Shown piece by piece: positions 30,471 through 32,000 of a stretch of DNA of 32,000 nucleotides (positions within the stretch are counted from its first letter, which is position 1; each line of letters opens with the position of its first letter). The translations under genes were made by a program, and so were the position numbers. The stretch comes from Acidothermus cellulolyticus 11B (lineage in GTDB: Bacteria > Actinomycetota > Actinomycetes > Acidothermales > Acidothermaceae), in the NCBI RefSeq assembly GCF_000015025.1, contig NC_008578.1, positions 720,001 through 752,000 on the forward strand, read 5' to 3'. The notes below the pieces were generated by a model. It saw only the letters and a list, made by a program, of their open reading frames with translations, did not search any database and was not told the origin of the DNA.

Positions 30471-31877
30471 TTACGCGGCGCAGCAGGACAGTTTGGCGAC
30501 GTCCCGGGTGTAGGCCTGGGCGGCGAGCCGGAGCGATTCGGCCATCGTGAGGTACGGCGACCAGGTGTCGGCGAGCTGCTGGACCGTCATCTTCGCGGTG
30601 AGCGCGTACACCGCCCCGGCGATGACGTCTCCGGCGTTGTCGGTCAGCACGTGGACGCCGACGAGCCGGCCGTTGTCCGCATCGGCGACCAGCTTGACCA
30701 GGCCCCGGGTGTCGCGGTTGACCAAGGCCCGGGGAACCATCGCCAGCGGCAGGACCCGGCAGTCGCAGCGGATTCCGGCGGCGACAGCCTGGGCGTCGGT
30801 CATGCCGGCCGAAGCGATCGACGGTTCGGTGAAGGTGACGCGCGGCAGCGCGGAGTAGTCCAGGCTTTCTGCGCTGCCGTCGAGGGCGTTGCGGGCGGCG
30901 AGATTTCCTTGCGCGGCGGCGACGTAGACGAACTGCGGTCCGCCGGTAACGTCGCCGGCGGCCCAGATCCGCGGGTTGGTCGTCCGCTGCTGGGCGTCGA
31001 CGACGACTTCGCCGCGGCTGCCGGCAGCAACGCCGACGGCTGCAAGACCGAGATCGGCGGTGTTGGGCCGCCGGCCGGTCGCGATGAGAAGCTCGCGGCC
31101 GCTCAGGGTACGCGGACCCTCGGGAAGGTCGGTCTCGAGGAGGTAGCCCTCTGGCCCGCGGCGAACTCGGCGGATCCGCGCCGACGTGTGCACGGTGATG
31201 CCGTCGTCGGCAAAGACGTCGCGGAGCGCGGCACTGATCTCCGGTTCCTCGAAGGGGGCGATCCGGTCAAGGGCTTCGACGACGGTGACGGTGCTGCCCA
31301 GCCGGGAAAAGAGTTGGGCCATCTCCAAGCCGACGGCGTTGCCGCCGACCACGAGGAGGGAGTCGGGTATCTCGGTGAGCTCCATCGCCGTCGTCGAGGT
31401 GAGGAAGCCGGACTCCGCCAGGCCCTCGATCGGCGGGGCCCACGGGGAGGCGCCGGTGGCGATCAGGTAGTGGTCTGCCTCGAGTTGCGCGGGACCGTCC
31501 TCGGTCGCCACGGTAAGGACCGGTCCCGGTGCAAAACGTGCCGTGCCCCGGACGATCGTCCAGCCATACTCCGCCGCGAGGTCGACGTACTTCTCGGCGC
31601 GCAACTGCTGGACGAGGGCATCCGTGCCGGCCCTCAGGGCGCCGGCGTCCACCGGACCAGCGGTGGTCGCAATACCCGGGAAGCGCGAATCGCTGGCGGT
31701 ATGCCGAGCAGCGGCGGCGGCGAGGAGGGCTTTCGAGGGGACGCATCCGACGTTGACGCAGGTCCCGCCGATCTGTCCCCGTTCCACCATCACGACGGTC
31801 GCGCCGCGGCCGACCGCGGTGATGGCGGCGGCGAACGCTGCACTCCCCGAGCCGATGATTGCTAAGTCGTAATGCAC
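30471..31877 (-). CDS. merA: Mercuric reductase, core type without NmerA domain
   Basis: Redox-active GGTCVNVGCVPSK and the C-terminal KLSCCAA vicinal cysteine pair diagnostic of MerA. GAGGAG lies 6 nt before GTG 31877 (VHYDLAIIGSG). The listed start at 31916 has no RBS and lower third-position GC. Confidence 0.85.
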   Translation of the reverse strand: MHYDLAIIGSGSAAFAAAITAVGRGATVVMVERGQIGGTCVNVGCVPSKALLAAAAARHTASDSRFPGIATTAGPVDAGALRAGTDALVQQLRAEKYVDLAAEYGWTIVRGTARFAPGPVLTVATEDGPAQLEADHYLIATGASPWAPPIEGLAESGFLTSTTAMELTEIPDSLLVVGGNAVGLEMAQLFSRLGSTVTVVEALDRIAPFEEPEISAALRDVFADDGITVHTSARIRRVRRGPEGYLLETDLPEGPRTLSGRELLIATGRRPNTADLGLAAVGVAAGSRGEVVVDAQQRTTNPRIWAAGDVTGGPQFVYVAAAQGNLAARNALDGSAESLDYSALPRVTFTEPSIASAGMTDAQAVAAGIRCDCRVLPLAMVPRALVNRDTRGLVKLVADADNGRLVGVHVLTDNAGDVIAGAVYALTAKMTVQQLADTWSPYLTMAESLRLAAQAYTRDVAKLSCCAA

Positions 31878-31902
31878 GGCACGCTCCTCGAGATATTCGG
31901 AT

Positions 31903-32000
31903 ATGCGGACCAACACCCTCCACTCTGACTCCGACCCGACGGACGCAGGCCAGCCTGCCGGCGACGAGCCGCTGCCTCAGGTGCTGGCGCACGAGGGGCG
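31903..32000 (+). CDS. Possible 5' end of a gene divergent from merA (runs off the window)
   Basis: ATG 31903 opens a frame reading MRTNTLHSDSDPTDAGQPAGDEPLPQVLAHEG, with about 28 of 32 codons ending in G/C by hand count. Only 32 codons are visible, so no family assignment is possible. Confidence 0.3.
   Translation, partial: MRTNTLHSDSDPTDAGQPAGDEPLPQVLAHEG

Overview
High-GC, Actinomycetota-like chromosomal DNA, densely packed with about 24 protein-coding genes that are almost all recognisable core metabolism. I found no rRNA, tRNA, CRISPR array, transposase, integrase, phage gene or defence-like cassette, and no convincing novel multi-gene system, so I do not claim one.

Gene content, left to right:
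- fdhD (5'-truncated by the window edge), translationally coupled to a small Cys/His zinc-ribbon-like ORF.
- pepP.
- An alpha/beta hydrolase and a small 2-TM membrane protein.
- A tightly coupled thiolase-meaB-icmA operon (B12-dependent isobutyryl-CoA mutase large subunit; no B12-binding small subunit in the window).
- A thioredoxin-TPR protein.
- A complete GlgE alpha-glucan cluster: glgE-treS-pep2-glgB on the minus strand, glgP divergent, glgX convergent.
- An enoyl-CoA hydratase and a DUF885-like HExxPGH protein.
- etfB-etfA.
- A threonine aldolase and an SDR on the opposite strand.
- iscS-like cysteine desulfurase followed by mnmA.
- A core-type mercuric reductase (merA, C-terminal CC pair), with a possible divergent gene start at the window edge.

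Signals not explained by the gene list:
1. An unusual density of unrelated short tandem repeats (units of 18-26 bp), five of them exactly at gene boundaries and one in frame at the glgE 5' end.
2. TANNNT -10-like hexamers 6-8 nt upstream of six start codons, implying leaderless mRNAs and helping to fix gene starts.
3. A low-GC, strand-skewed repeat patch between mnmA and merA.
4. Several palindromes in divergent promoter regions.

The many long ORFs antisense to real genes are high-GC artefacts.
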